64,000 bases of DNA from the human T2T-CHM13v2.0 reference genome, Homo sapiens. Both the position numbers and the translations under genes were made by a program. The notes beneath the pieces were generated by a model. The model searched no databases, was not told the origin of the DNA, and saw only the letters and a program-made list of their open reading frames with translations. Below, piece by piece: positions 31,094 to 47,259 of the stretch. The stretch lies in NCBI RefSeq assembly GCF_009914755.1, contig NC_060934.1; one strand, 5' to 3'. Every line of letters begins with the position of its first letter. Position 1 is the first letter of the stretch.

Positions 31094-32827
31094 GCATGTA
31101 CCCCATATACTTTCTAATTCTGGGCACCAGAATAATCAGAGAGACCCTCCTGGAAGAGGCAGGAGGCCTCCAAAGGGCAGACAGATACAAAGAAAAGAGA
31201 GGGCAGAAAGAACGGCACACGCGAATGCCAGGCAGTGACAAGAGTGGGTTAGACGTAAATCGAGAGTGTTTGTGAGGACTGTTTATGGGTAAGATCACAT
31301 GGTCTAGCCACAGGGACCCACACCATATCTCTTAGGGGAGACAGTCGTTCTTTTATTCTGTGATAACAGGATGAATAGCATGGAAGTATTGCTCCACATG
31401 CAATGAGAGAGAAAAACACCTCTTCGTAACAGGACCTGGGATGGAGACAAGCCCACTTGAGTGGTTTGGGAGAAATGCTTCAAGATCAGGGATGGACCAT
31501 GGACTGCCTGGGGTGCCTGAGGAATGTCCCATTGAGGAGGTGATATTATCTCTGGGTGTTGATGGATGAATACGAGTTCACCAATCAGGGATGGTAAGAT
31601 GGCACAGGCAAAGTCCTAGTGGAAAAGAAGGGCTGGGTATATTTCAATCGTGAGGAAAAGACTGAGGGGCAGGAATTCAGCGAGACAGAGAGGATTCCTG
31701 TAAACGACCACTTTTCATTCACACTAAGCCAGGTCAGACCCAATTGTGAAATTCAACCCTGCCGAGGGAGGTATGGGAGAATAAGGAGAGAGAGTTAGAG
31801 TGGGAGCCAGGAATTTGCCCAGCTCTTTGCTCTGAAGAGCTCTGGGCTCCTTGACATCCATTTGCACTCATATCCTCCAAGAAGGGTGTACTCCCACCGT
31901 GCAAAGTCAGAGAACTCCCCACCCCATCCTCCTTCTCCCCCAGCCCTAGCACAAATGGAGGGGCTGAGGCAGTCACACTATGCCCAGCCTTCCAGACCAC
32001 CAGATCCAGCAGAATGGGGGCTCAAGCCTGAGGGTCCTCACTGGTTCCCGTGCAGACACCTACAGAGGAGCCTGTGGCCAAACTCACACTCAGAGACATG
32101 AAATTATAGATGTCCTCCAGTGGAAATTATAACCCAGTGCTATTTCCCTCCAGAGCTTGCAGCTCTACCCTTGTGTGCAGACTTGAGGTGACCCTCAAGA
32201 AGCAGCCCAGAAAGCAAAACAACTGGGCTGCATCTGCGAGCTGCTCACACCAAAACACCGTCAGGGCTGCCATGCTGACTCGGGTTGCAGAGACCACCTT
32301 CAGCAGCCTGCCTGGCCATAGTCAGTGTTGCCGCTATCACCTACTGGACTGTTGGTCCCTGGGGAGAGACAGCCTGTGTTTGATCTATCTCTGCAACCCC
32401 CGCAGGGCATCTCAGGAAGAGTGGGGTGGACTGCAGGGTCCCCCTTTGCCCCAGGTTTTTAAACCAGCTGACAGGAAAGGAGGAATACGCGATCTCTACG
32501 ACAAGAGCAGTCAGATGGCTTGGTTCTGTTTTATGCTACTCAGCATCCTTCCTAACCAAACCCAGTTTCAGTTTGAGAAGCTGCTTATGTGTGCCTGGTA
32601 CTGGAACTCTCTGAATAGCTCAATCCCGGTCTTTTTTGAGCTTATTTCTCCAGTTCTTCCTCTGACACTGTGATCTACCTGCCACCATAACCTTCTAATT
32701 AATTCCTTCTTCACAAAGTTGGCCAGAGTCCATCGCTGTGGTTTGCATCCAAAGAATCCTGATTGCTATGGATGTGACAACTCACCTCAGCTCAGAGCAC
32801 TATACCTCCAGGACTCTCTCACAGAAC

Positions 32828-32895
32828 AATAACAATCAAACACAGACACTCACACACACACACAGCTGCCACCCAGAGATGCCGGCAATAACAAT

Positions 32896-32937
<42 letters not shown>

Positions 32938-32967
32938 GCTGCCACCCAGAGGAGCCAGCAATAACAA

Positions 32968-33017
<50 letters not shown>

Positions 33018-33039
33018 CTGCCACCCGGAGGCGCCGGCT
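32828..33039. repeat. Compound tandem repeat: 3 x [AATAACAATC-(CA)n-GCTGCCACCC(A/G)GAG...]
   Basis: Three units with CA tracts of different length, read directly. Confidence 0.9.
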
Positions 33040-36000
33040 CAGCCCTGCCCCTGCACCTGTCAGCATCTAGCAGCAGCTGCCACATTCACAGAGCACACAG
33101 GGCTTCTGCCTGCCAGCTCTGACTTAATTCGACTGTGTTTGCACCCTGGTTGAGGGCAGTTTTCCTTCCTTGCTGGTTGCCATACTCATTTTTTCTCCTG
33201 ACCCTCAGGAGTGCCAGGCCACTTCAGGCACCTGGGGACAGGGGATCTGTAGGCATAGGTGCACAGAAGGACAAAAGTTGGAGCAATGCACATGCAGGCT
33301 TGGCAGGATGGGTCTGGCTGTGCCTGGCCCCCACCCCCACACTAAGGGGCTGCCACCCCACCACCTGGCCCTGCCCCTAGAGAGAGCATGTGTAACCTCA
33401 TCTCCACTCGCCAGAAGTGCTCACTCTTGGTTCTCCCCACACATGGATCCACTCGCTTCTCTGCTCCCCTGGCAGAGCTTCGCGAACTGCCTGCCTGTGC
33501 CAAACTGGACCTCCATGGATGGACCAGCTTTCAGCCTCACCCTGGAAGTGCCCACGGTGTGGAAGGGAAGACATGCACTGACCACATGTAAAGGTGGCAC
33601 CCATGGGGAGGTGGTATCAGCCCTGCTGGGATGCCTTCATCCCTACCCGCTCTCACCAGCCCCACCCTCAAGTTCTGGAAACTAGAACTCAAGCTCTTCA
33701 AGTGCCCCCTCCACTGGTGAGAGGTACTGGCAGAACCAGACTCCACTCAGCATTCCAGAATTCTCATCCTTAGAAAATATTTATCCCAGGGCTCAGGGAG
33801 AATCTAGGAGTGGATGAGAGCCTCCATGGCTTGCTATGCATAAATATAGCCTGGGCCAAATCAGCTTCTTCCTCTCCCTGCTTCCCGCCCAGCCATGAAA
33901 GGATGTACCTGCGTCCAGCCACTTCCTGCAGGAGCTCTCAAGGAGATGAGACAGAGAGCCCAACCCTCTCATGGAGTGAAAGCATGGGATAAATCAGAGA
34001 GAAAGCAAGAAAAGTGAACATAAAACCTCACGTTCCCTTTTGTCACAAGCTTTTGACTAGCTCCTGTGGAACATCGCCACCCCGCCTTGCCCTGCAGACC
34101 ACCCCGTGTGACTTCATGAAGAGGACGCAAACCACGTGGTGCAGCAGGCTCCACACCACTCCTGATGCCCTTTTTGAGTGGATTCCTCAGAGGGGGTGCC
34201 TGACGTCAGAGGTGAATGTCGGCCAGTGTCTCCCAAAGAGGCAGAGGCAGAAACATCACTCCTCTCTGTGTTCCCGAGCAAAGCACTCAACCTCTCTGAG
34301 CCTCAGGTTTCCATCTGTAAAATGCGCTCTGGCTAAGCTGTCTCTCCAGGCCATCCCAGACCTACTCATGTATGACTAATTGGAAGAAGCCAGTTCTCCT
34401 TTACAGCAGGATGGAACATTTGCTATCAGGATGCTTCAGGGTATCAGAATAGAAGTTACCATTTATCGGCTACGTAAGTATCTACATGACAAACAATAGT
34501 ATTAACAAATGAAATAAGGCACCTTGTTCATTTCATTTTCATAAAAACCATATGAGGGAAGCTATGTGTCTCAATTCAGATGCACTTATCTCCAATCTGC
34601 CAAATGCCATCCCGATAAACTCAGGGCAGCATCTCAGCTTTCAGAGACCACTGTGGATCCTGACACCGCCAACTGCTGAATTAAATATCCCACCCAGCTT
34701 CACACTCCATCAATGTTAACATCCAGATCTTAATAAGAAGGAGCAGGAGGATGGAGAAAATGAGGAGATGAAACTAGGAACTAGCTGGGGACCTTTCATC
34801 CCACCTGGGACCCTGGAGGGTCACCGCTGTCGCATGCATCAGCACTGCATGGAGTAAGGTCAGTAAGGCCAGGGCACAGCACGTCCTCCAGAACCCCAAC
34901 AGAACAAGGGCCAGACCGAAGACCTGCAAGGTGGAAAATGACGTGAGGCTGGCATGACTTGTCCCCAGGGAGCCCCCGCCAGCTCCTCATGCACGTCTCT
35001 CCTTTGCCCACAGACTCACAGCCTTCTTCTTAGTCTAGGATCTTTCCCAGGGCCAACATCAGATTTGAGTCTCTTCCACCTCCGGGCTTCATTTCCAACA
35101 CCTCTCAGACAGCACCTCAGATGGGGGTATCTCATTCCAGGTCATGCTATACCCTGGCCAGGGCATTCTCTTGGTCAGAGCCCTGAGCACACACACTGCA
35201 GCCCACGCTACCTGGCTCCTGCTTTCCTCCGGGAACCTGCCTGCGCCCTTTGCACCTGCAGATCCTCCTCTGTCCAGACCGCTGTGGGCACAGTGGAGCT
35301 GTGCCTTCCTCCCCTTCACAGACACCAGCTGCCCTAGACGGCGATGGATCTATGAAGCCCTTGTTCTCCTTGCTCCGAACATGATATGAAAAGATGCTTT
35401 GTGGTCGTCAGCTCTCCTCAGTAGGTTCAGTTCACACCCGGGCTCTCACCCCCTGACACTCTTTACTGGCCCTCGTCACTCTGTCATTGTGAGTGTCCTG
35501 GGAAGGGCTCCTCTTGTTCTCCTTGGCTCTTGTCCCTCTGACCTCAGCAAGACATCTTTCTGAGCCACACAGATGTCTCTCATTGCCACCCCATGTCTTT
35601 CCTACTTGAAAAAAACAGATTTAATTCCAGGACTCACCCACCACTTTCAGAGCCCTCAGATCACGTGAATCACAGAAATCAAGTGATGATCTTTGAAACT
35701 TTCTGAAACTGAGCTCCCCAAGTCTACAGGGGATCTAACCATGCCTGGCCTTCCCCACCAACACAGAGCACATCTCCCAAAGGCTTCCAACCAACCTGGG
35801 CCATCAACCAGGGTCCCCTGTTGCCCAACTCAGCAAGTGCTGCATCCTGGGAGATGAAGCCTCGCCCACCCCACAGTGTTAAGAGCTTGTGGTTCTCGGT
35901 TTATCACCCATCCTCTGGTGACTGCACACTGATCATTCACTCATCTGGGAACCACTGGCCACATTCTCCCACATTATCACCTTGACCAGGTTGTCTCAGG

Positions 36001-39000
36001 TAACCTTCGAGCCTTCCATCCACATAGATGTTAAGTGCACGGGCTCCACGGTTGGAGGCCAGCTCTGCTGTATCCAACCTGTGACCTTGGGCAAGGCGTG
36101 GGTCCCCTCCAGGCCTGTTTTCTGATCTATAAAGAGGGTCACCTTGGTGTTTTCTTCACTGGGTTGTGGGAAAGATTAGAAGGATTAATATAGAGAAAGT
36201 GCTAAGGAACCTGGCTCAGTAAACATTAGGGGTATCACTTCTTATCGCACTGAGTGCAAAGGGACAGAGTCCACTCCATGGCAGCCTTCCCATTACTCCT
36301 GAGCTCTCAGGGACCAGTGCATAACAGTGTTTAATAAATGACCAAACAGCCTGGGCATTTTTCTCCTTCCTGCTCCACCTACAGAAGAAAGAACTCTTGG
36401 CAAACATCTGGATAACCTCTTTTTCCTGGGATGTCTGAAGTCACTCCCTAACCCAAGCCAACTGGCCAGCCTCAAGCTGTTCTGAGCTGCAGGTCAGGCA
36501 CCAGATCTTATTCAGAGACACCATGTACCCCCACCCGCTCCCCCCAAGCAGTGCTTTGCTGCATCTGCTTTTCTCTTCAGTTAAAACACACAAGAGCAGA
36601 AAATACCTCCTGTCTTCTAATCCTTTGGTATCCCTAGTCTCTGCAGAAGCTTCCCAGACCCTTTTGGAAGATTCCAGAGGACAATCATCTACGGGCCTTT
36701 TCTGCATTTGGATTGTGAGGTCCTGGGGTTTCCTAAGAAAGGGAATACACCTGTTTCCAGGAATCCTCCTGGCTCTGGCACACTGAGGAAATTAAACACT
36801 GAAGGTGATCCAGGCTTTCCCAGAGGCTGGCTGGTGGCACTGGGGAGATGAGCAATTCCTGGTCAGCCCCTACAGGCTCTGTGGCCAGCTACGCCTGGAC
36901 CCCTCTAGCAGCAATGCCTGCTGCATTCGAGGAAAGCCAAGTGCAGGAGACTGCGAACACAGCCAGTACCCATGGAAGCAGGGAGAGTGGCCCTAGTGCA
37001 ACATAACTTGGCCACGTCGACCCTCATAGGGGTGGATGTGATCTCATCATCCACTCAGATGTCTGAGACTGTGCAGAAGCAGGGCCAGTGAAAGCAGAGG
37101 GCAGATCCAATGCTTCAATGGGGCCCTGCTGTGCAGATTGAGAGTCTGCCATGAATATGACTGAGGATGGCCAGGACATAGAACAGGGAGCAGTGTTCTG
37201 CCAAACAATGCCAATAGGCAGTGGCTGGTGCTGTGTGGAGTGATATTTTAGACGTTATATTTGCCAGGGCTGCAGCAACATGGAAGTCACATAAAGGGAC
37301 TGAATTAGCCCTGGTCACTCAGGCGCCAGGGCACTACTTGTGTTCCAAATCAACCCTGCCACTACCTGCCTGAGCTCAGACAAACACTCTGGGCCTCCAT
37401 CTCTTCATAAGTAAAACAAGAATGGTGATCTTCACTTCAGGCACTCACGGACAGGACTCAACAGGGCTCTGTGCATGCCAGATAGCAAGAGCACAAGGAA
37501 CAGCAGCTCTTTTCCTGATACAACTAGAGAATAAAGGTGGAGCCTGAGACAGTGGTCCCAATTCCACTGGCAGCCTTCAGGCAAAAAGTCCATGATTTTA
37601 CCTCAGCTATTCCTTCCGACCTTCCCAGGTTCCAACAATAGCATCATCTAAGGATAAAAAGACAATGATGTTCTTATAGAGGCACAGACCACTAATGAGG
37701 AAAAATAAGTTTAAAAATATTTAAGTTTGTCTTTTTTTTTAAATAATTGGTGTGATTATATGTTTCAAACAAAAGTTGCCACCTCTTGGATGTCTGAAAA
37801 GAAATCTGCCAAGCAAAGCAGACACGATGATTCTAAATCATTTGCAAAGTCTTTTATCCCTCCCCCCAGAATCCGCATATGTTGGGGATCAGGGATTAGA
37901 TATAAAGGCAATTTAACTTTTTAAACCAGAAAAAAGCCTCACAAATCACAGTTCCATGCACATACCTATGAATTTGTCCAAAATATCTAGCATATGCAAA
38001 TTCTTTCACTGAACACACTGCAATGCACCTTCATCATACTTAATTTCTGTTTAATTCTGTGTGATTTATCTACGGCCAAATTTCCATTTCTGTATCAATC
38101 AAAAGTAAATTAGTTGAATTTTCATTAAAGGTCATAATAAACTACAATATCATGTTAACTTATTTCCAAGAAGTGAAAGCTTCAACCTTTATTGGTAATT
38201 AAGATCTTTACAAACAAACAAGGGCTCTTTTATAACTTAGTGCATATATATTATGTATTTGTGTGTGTTTGAACATATAAATATGTATGTGTCATAAAAT
38301 ATCATTAAAAACTAAATCACATATCTCTGATAAGATTACATTGTAACCAAGAAACAAAAAATTGCCTCGATATAGTTCTATTTTATCCCTCAAAAAGAAT
38401 GAGACTTGATTTTCTAGAGTTCGTCCCTTATGCATCTACGACAATCTTTGATACTAACAGGAAATATTTTCCCCTTGGCCCTCCTATCTAATGTACATAA
38501 AATCATTACTTTCAAATGCCATAATTACTGCCATAAAATGTCTAATGTCTCCCTCAGGAGTAATTAATTTCATTTCTGTACATCAGTGGCATTGGCAACT
38601 ACATATTTTAGAAATTTACTGTTAATTTCTTATTTCCAGGCTCCCTCAAATGTTTCAAAGCCCTGGCCTCCCACTGTCTTCCTACAACCCTGCTCTGAAT
38701 CCTGTCCCCTCCCTCCCCTGCACCTGGCATTGCATAGCCTGCCCAGAAGGCAGGTGTGGGTGGGAACGCCCCCTAAATGCTTCTGCAAGGCTTAGCTTCC
38801 TGCTGTGCTGTCTGTGTCTATTAGTAAAGGCAAAATGTCAAGGAAAGGATTCAATCAACCCCTTGTCTCTAAAACCAGGTATGTTCTTTTAGCTCATTCT
38901 AAAAACTCATTATAATGTGATCATTTGGTATTGTTTTGTTTCCCAGGAAAGGCAGTGAACAGGATACATGTCCAGATCTTTGGATATAATCTGTTGGAGA

Positions 39001-39454
39001 AAGGATCTGGGGCTGATGCATGGTTCTTACCCTACTGCCCAGCGCAAGCCCGGGCTGAGAATAACAGCAACACAGGATAAACCCCGGGAGAGACAGTGGG
39101 AGGGAGGAAAACAACTGCAGCCTGAAAGTCACCCTAGGAGAAAAATTCATAGGCAGAATTCTTGAGTGCTGAAAAAACAGGGGGGAGAGGGAGAAGGTAG
39201 GGGAGAAGAATAAACAAAGAGAGGAAAAGAGAGAGGGAGAGAGACTGACACAGAAGAAAATGAAAACAGGAAGACAATAAAGAAGAGATAGAGGAGAAAA
39301 AGTGAGAGAAGAGAAAGGGAACAGAAACGGGGATGGGACTCGGAGACGACGTGGGAGAGAGAGGAAGCTGGCGACATTGGGAAGGAAAGGACCCCACAGT
39401 CAAAGGCAGGACTCAACAACCCTGTCCTGGGGAAAGGCTGATGTGGAAGTGAGA

Positions 39455-40205
39455 TGGACCCCGCCGCCCGCGCCCGCTCGCGGCTCTGTCCCTGCAGACA
39501 GGAGGGTGCGCCTCACCTGGGCTCTCTGGAGATGTGGAGCAAGAGGTGCTGGTGCAGCACAGCCTCCTCCCGGCCAAGAGCACTGCGCGTGGCTCTGAAC
39601 TTGGCGCCGGAGCCCTGAGGGCGGCCAGATCCCGCCCCCAAGCCGCTCCCGCCTTCGGGGCGTGGTCTCGGCGTCGCCCACCCCCAGGGAAGCTCCAGCC
39701 TTCGGGGCGGGGCTTGCGGGTGGGCGGCCCCGGCAGGGGAGGGTGCCGCTGGCCAAAGAACTCACAACCCCGGGAGAAAACCCCCTTCTGACCCTCTGGG
39801 CTGCCCGGCCCTTCCCCGGCTCAGCTCCGCGGAGATGCCCCCAGCTGGCTTGGTCAGGGCCGGGCGCCATCGCCTGCGGGAGGGCGAGGGCGTTCTTTGG
39901 AGGCGGTGCCTGCTCTCGCCTACGCCCTCTGGTCCTGGGCGCCCGACCTCTCGCTCCTGGGCCCGCGGGGCCTCGGCGATGCGGGCGAGGGCTGCGCGCG
40001 GTGCCTGCGGCTCCAGTCTGCGCCGAGGACCCCCACGGCCTCCTGGCCCTCCTTCCCCCAGCAGCCTGGCGGCCGCTCGATCGGCACCTCCCCCCGCCGG
40101 AATCGCCCAGCTCCCCCCGGGAGCGCCCGCCGCCTCTGCTCCCCAGACCTCAGCTGTGACCACGCAACGCTCTGCCAGGAAGGCGGACTCCGCGACTCGG
40201 GCCAT
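39455..40205. promoter_or_regulatory. CpG island / ZNF488 promoter
   Basis: Sharp rise in GC and CpG density; GC box GGGGCGGGG near 39704; only such island upstream of ZNF488 on the - strand. Confidence 0.88.
39517..39570 (-). other. ZNF488: ZNF488 non-coding exon 1 (5' end approximate)
   Basis: Strong - strand donor CCAG|GTGAGG at 39517/39516 at the edge of the CpG island; would splice to the acceptor at 24234. Confidence 0.7.
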
Positions 40206-40224
40206 GGTGGAAAATGACAGTTAA

Positions 40225-40757
40225 AGTGCGTTAAAATTAAGAACTTATACTTTGATTAAAAAACAACAAACGGAGTGAAAAAGCAAGCCACACACTGAAA
40301 GAAGATACTTGCAGCAATTGATAAAGGATTAGTATCCAGGATATATACTTTTAATGAATTAGTGTGAAAGAGAGGAACACCCAAAGCAACGAATGGACAC
40401 AGACATGAATAGGCACTTCAAAGAGGAACCACTAACGACCAAAATCATGTGAAAGGACGAAGTCTCTAGAGTAATTAGAAAATGCAAATTAAGACCACAA
40501 GGAGATGTTTAATCATTAGGCATAAATGTTAAAATATAATAATACCAACTGTCATGGAAGGCATGAAGCAAGGGAACCCTAATATGCTGGGGCGAAGTAC
40601 ACCCAATTTCATTTATTATAAAAGACCACTAATTTAAGATATTCTATTATACTAAATACAGCTCCAAAAGAGGGGGAAAAAACTGACAACCAACCAACTC
40701 AAATGCTTTTCATCACTTGTAATTTTTAAGTTATATAAAGAAAGATCTATTTTAGAC
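40225..40757 (+). mobile_element. Old L1M fragment (ORF2 3' region)
   Basis: ATTAAAATTAAGAACTT...AAAGGATTAGTATCCAG...ATGCAAATTAAGACCACAAGGAGAT. Confidence 0.7.
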
Positions 40758-43396
<2,639 letters not shown>

Positions 43397-43574
43397 ACTT
43401 GGTAGAAATTTTCTAAAATTATATGCCACTCTTGTGCATACAAAAATGGAGAAAATAAAATTGATTAAGGTATTTCTACAAATGTTTTACAGTAACACTC
43501 TGACTTCTGAATCACGCTTGAATCCCACTTGGTTGTGCCCATGTTTTTCCACACACTATACCCTCTCTGCCATT

Positions 43575-44095
43575 CAAAGCCCTGGTCATACAGCAGTTTT
43601 GACACTGGGATGTGAACTCATTCACACTCCTGCCCTAGAGCTGGGGCCTGTGTTCCCTCCCACTGACTCTTGGTATCCCATTGACTGCTTGGATTAATAG
43701 AGTACAGTGGAAGTGACACTGTGTGATTCCCAAGGTGATGCCATAAAAGGCTCTACAATTTCTGACTTGCTCACTGAAAATACTTACTCTTGGAACTCTA
43801 AGCCACCTGTTAAAGCCCAAGCACCTTTAAGCCACCATGCTGAGAGGAAGCCCAGGTCATACAGGGAGGCCACATGCAGAGTCTCCATTCACAGTTCCAG
43901 CTGAGCCCAGCTTTTGAGTCCTCCTGCCAGAACCCACACTTATGAATGGAGGATCCTCCAGAAATCCCAGTATCCAATCCTTCAAGTCATGTCCGGCTGC
44001 TCAAGCCTTCCCATCAGGGTCTCCAGACATGTGGAGCCCTCCCCACTCTGCCCTGAGTGCCTGATCCTCAGAACCTGTGAGTGTAATAAAATGGG
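43575..44095 (+). mobile_element. MLT1-type LTR
   Basis: CAGTGGAAGTGACACTGTGTGATTCCCAAG...GCCACCATGCTGAGAGGAAGCCCAGG...AATAAAATG. Confidence 0.65.
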
Positions 44096-47000
44096 CCTTC
44101 ATCATAGAATAAATAGGCTTCATTGTCCTCTTATTAATGCGGGAAATTTCCTTTTTGTTTCATTTTGTTTTCCTGCTTAATACTGTTGTGTTCCCCAGGA
44201 ATGTTTCCTGCTCCAGGCTGACAAGTCCTCAGTCTCCACGCCTTCCTCACCTACTGGCTTCCTTGCTCACTTCCTTCAGCCTGGCCTCTGATTTCAGGCT
44301 GACCTAGTGACCGTGCACTGGAGGCCTGTGCTGTGGGGTCCCCTGTACCAGCCCACATTTCCCGCTTATCTTTACCACCAGCCATGAAGTAGGGGTGGAG
44401 ACGATGTTTAGCCCTGGGGAGAGGAGGAAACTGGCTCAGAGAGGTTAAGTAGCATGCCCTAGACATTCAGCAGATTCAAACTTGGATCTTATAACTTGTG
44501 TCTACCTGATCCACAATCCATGCTATTAGGTTTTTTAAGTTATTAATTGTGATAAAATATATACAACATTAAATTGACCATTTTAACTAGTTTTAAGTGT
44601 ACAATTCCTTGACATTAAGTACATTCACAGTTTTGCACCCATCACGATCACCATGCATCTCCAGAATTTTCTCATCCTCGCATACTGAAAGTCTCTATTC
44701 ACTGAACAATTACTACCCATTTCTCCCTCTTCCAAACCCTGGTAATCTCTATTCTCTTTCCCGTATGTATGAAATGTCCACCACAGGTATCTCACGTAAG
44801 TGGAATTATACAATATATTCACACAAACATGCAATATTTGACTTTTTCTATCTGACCTATTTCACTTAGCAAAAGGTTTTAAAGGTATATCCATGTTATG
44901 CCATCTATGAAATTTCATCCGTTTCTATGGCTGAATAATATTTCTCCGCATGTATATGTACCACTTTTTGTTTGCCCATTCATGTGTTGATGAACACTTG
45001 GGTTACTTCTACCATCAGGCTATTGTGAATAATGCTGCTATGAATACTGGCAAACACATATCTGTTTGAGTTTCTGCTGTCACTTCTTTTGGGTATATAC
45101 ATATTTACAAGTGGAATTCATGGAACATATGGTAATTCTATGTTTAACTTTCTGAGGAACTGCCAAGCTGTCTACCACAGTGGATGCACCATTTTACGCT
45201 CCTAGCAACAATGCACAATAGGTCCAATATTTCTACAGTCTCTCCAACACTTGCTATTTTCTCTTTTTTGATAATAGCCATCCCAATGGATGTGAAGTTG
45301 TATCTCATTGTGGTTTTCATTGGCATTTCCCTAATGACTAGTGATGTTGAGCCTCTTTTCACATGCTTATTGGACATTTGTGTATCTTCTTTGGAGAAAT
45401 GTCTACTTAAGTCTTTTGCTTAATTTTTGTTGGACTTGTTTGATTTTTGTTGTTGATATGTAGGAGTTCTTTATATATTATGGATATTAATCTCTTATCA
45501 GATACTTAATTTGCAAATGTTCTTTTCCATTCTGTGGACTGTCTTTTCACTTTCTTGATACTCTCCTTTGATGCATAAAAATGTAATTGGCATGGACAAA
45601 GTTCAGTTTTTGACTTTTTTGTTTCGTTATCTGTGCTTTTGGTGTCACATCCAAAAAATTATTATCAAATCCAATGTCATAAAGGTGTTTTCCTATGTTC
45701 TCTACTAAGATTTTTGTAGTTTTATCTCATATATTTAGATTTTGATTCATTTTGGGTTAATTTCTGTAATGGCGTATAGTAAGGGCCCAATTTCATTCTT
45801 TTGCATGTGGACATGCAGTTTTTACAGCACCATTTGTTGAAACTACTGTCCTTTTCCAGATTAGATAGTCTTGGCAACATTTTTTAAAAATCAATCAACC
45901 ATATACATAAAGGTTTATTTCTATGCTTTCTATACTGTTCATTGGTCTATATACCTGTCCTTAAACCGGTACCACATTGTTTTGATTGCTGTAGCTTTGT
46001 AATAGATATTGAAATCAGAAAACACAATTACTCTACTTTCTCCTTTTGAAGATTTTTTGAGGGGCTAAGGGATAGTATTTGTCATCTCTTGAGATTCCAT
46101 GTGAATTTTACCTGGATTTTTCTATGTCTGCAACAAAAATGCTGTTGAGATTTTGGTAAAGATTACACTAAATCTGTAGATGTCTTTGGCTAGTATTGTC
46201 AGTCTAACAATATTAAGCCTTCTAATCTTTAAACATAAAATGTCTTTCAATTTAATTCTATCTTTAAACTCTTTTAACAATGTTTCGTGGTTCTCAGTAA
46301 ACCTATTTTTGCCTCCTTCACTTAATTTATTCCTAAGCATTTTATTTGTGAGGTGCTATTGTAAATAGAAGTGTTATCTTAATTTCACTTTATTTTTTAT
46401 TGTTAGTCTATAGAAATGCAGCTAATTTTTGCAGGCCAATTTTGTATCTTGCTACTTTACTAAATTTATTTATTAGCTCTAACAGTTTTTTGTGGAATCT
46501 TTAGGGTTTTTACAAGTAAGATCATATCATTCATAAATAGGGACAATTTTGCCTCTTCTTTGCAATTTGGATGCCTTTTATTTTTATTTCCTGCCTAATT
46601 GCTCTGGCTTGAATTTCCATACTATGTTGAATGGACACAATGAAAATGGACATCCTTGTATTGCTCTTGATCTTAGGGGAAACATTTTTTATCTTTCAGC
46701 ATTGAGTATTTTAGCTGTGTGTTTTCGTATATGTCCTTTTTCATGTTGAAGAACTTTATTTTTAATTTGAGTGTCTTAATCAAAACAGGTATTGAATGTT
46801 ATCAAATACTTTATCAATGGAGATCATGTAGTTGTCTTAATTCTACTAATGAAGTGTATAATACTGATTTTTTAATGTTGAATCATTTTTAAATTATGGA
46901 AATAAATCTCATTCTTTGGGGATATAAAAATCTTTTAATAAACTGTGGAATTCAGTTTGCAGTATTTTGTTGAGGATTTTTGCACTAATATTGATAAGGG

Positions 47001-47259
47001 ATTTTGGTGTATAGTTTTCTTACAGTGTCTTTGTCTGGCTTTTGTATCAGTGCAGTGCTGGCCTTTATAGATTTCGTTTAGAAGTGTTCCATCACCTACA
47101 GATTTTTGGAAGAGTTTGCAAAGGATTTTTCCTTACATATTTGGCAGAATTTACCAATGAAGCCATCTGGTCCTGGACTTTTCTTTGTTGAGAGGTTTTT
47201 ATAACTAATTCAATCTCCTTACTATTATAGGTCTGTTCGGATTTTCTATTTCTTCACAA

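Noticed and set aside
36560-37318. Alternative PR-domain-like matches (NSVPLCDF...SKISLHTAPA; VDDCPLESSKRVWEASAETRD)
   Set aside because: No suitable splice sites and incompatible with the other candidate pair; shows that such by-eye matches arise by chance
39400-40224. Several 100-165 aa ORFs in the CpG island
   Set aside because: Expected from stop-codon scarcity at high GC; Pro/Arg/Gly/Ala-rich with no domain
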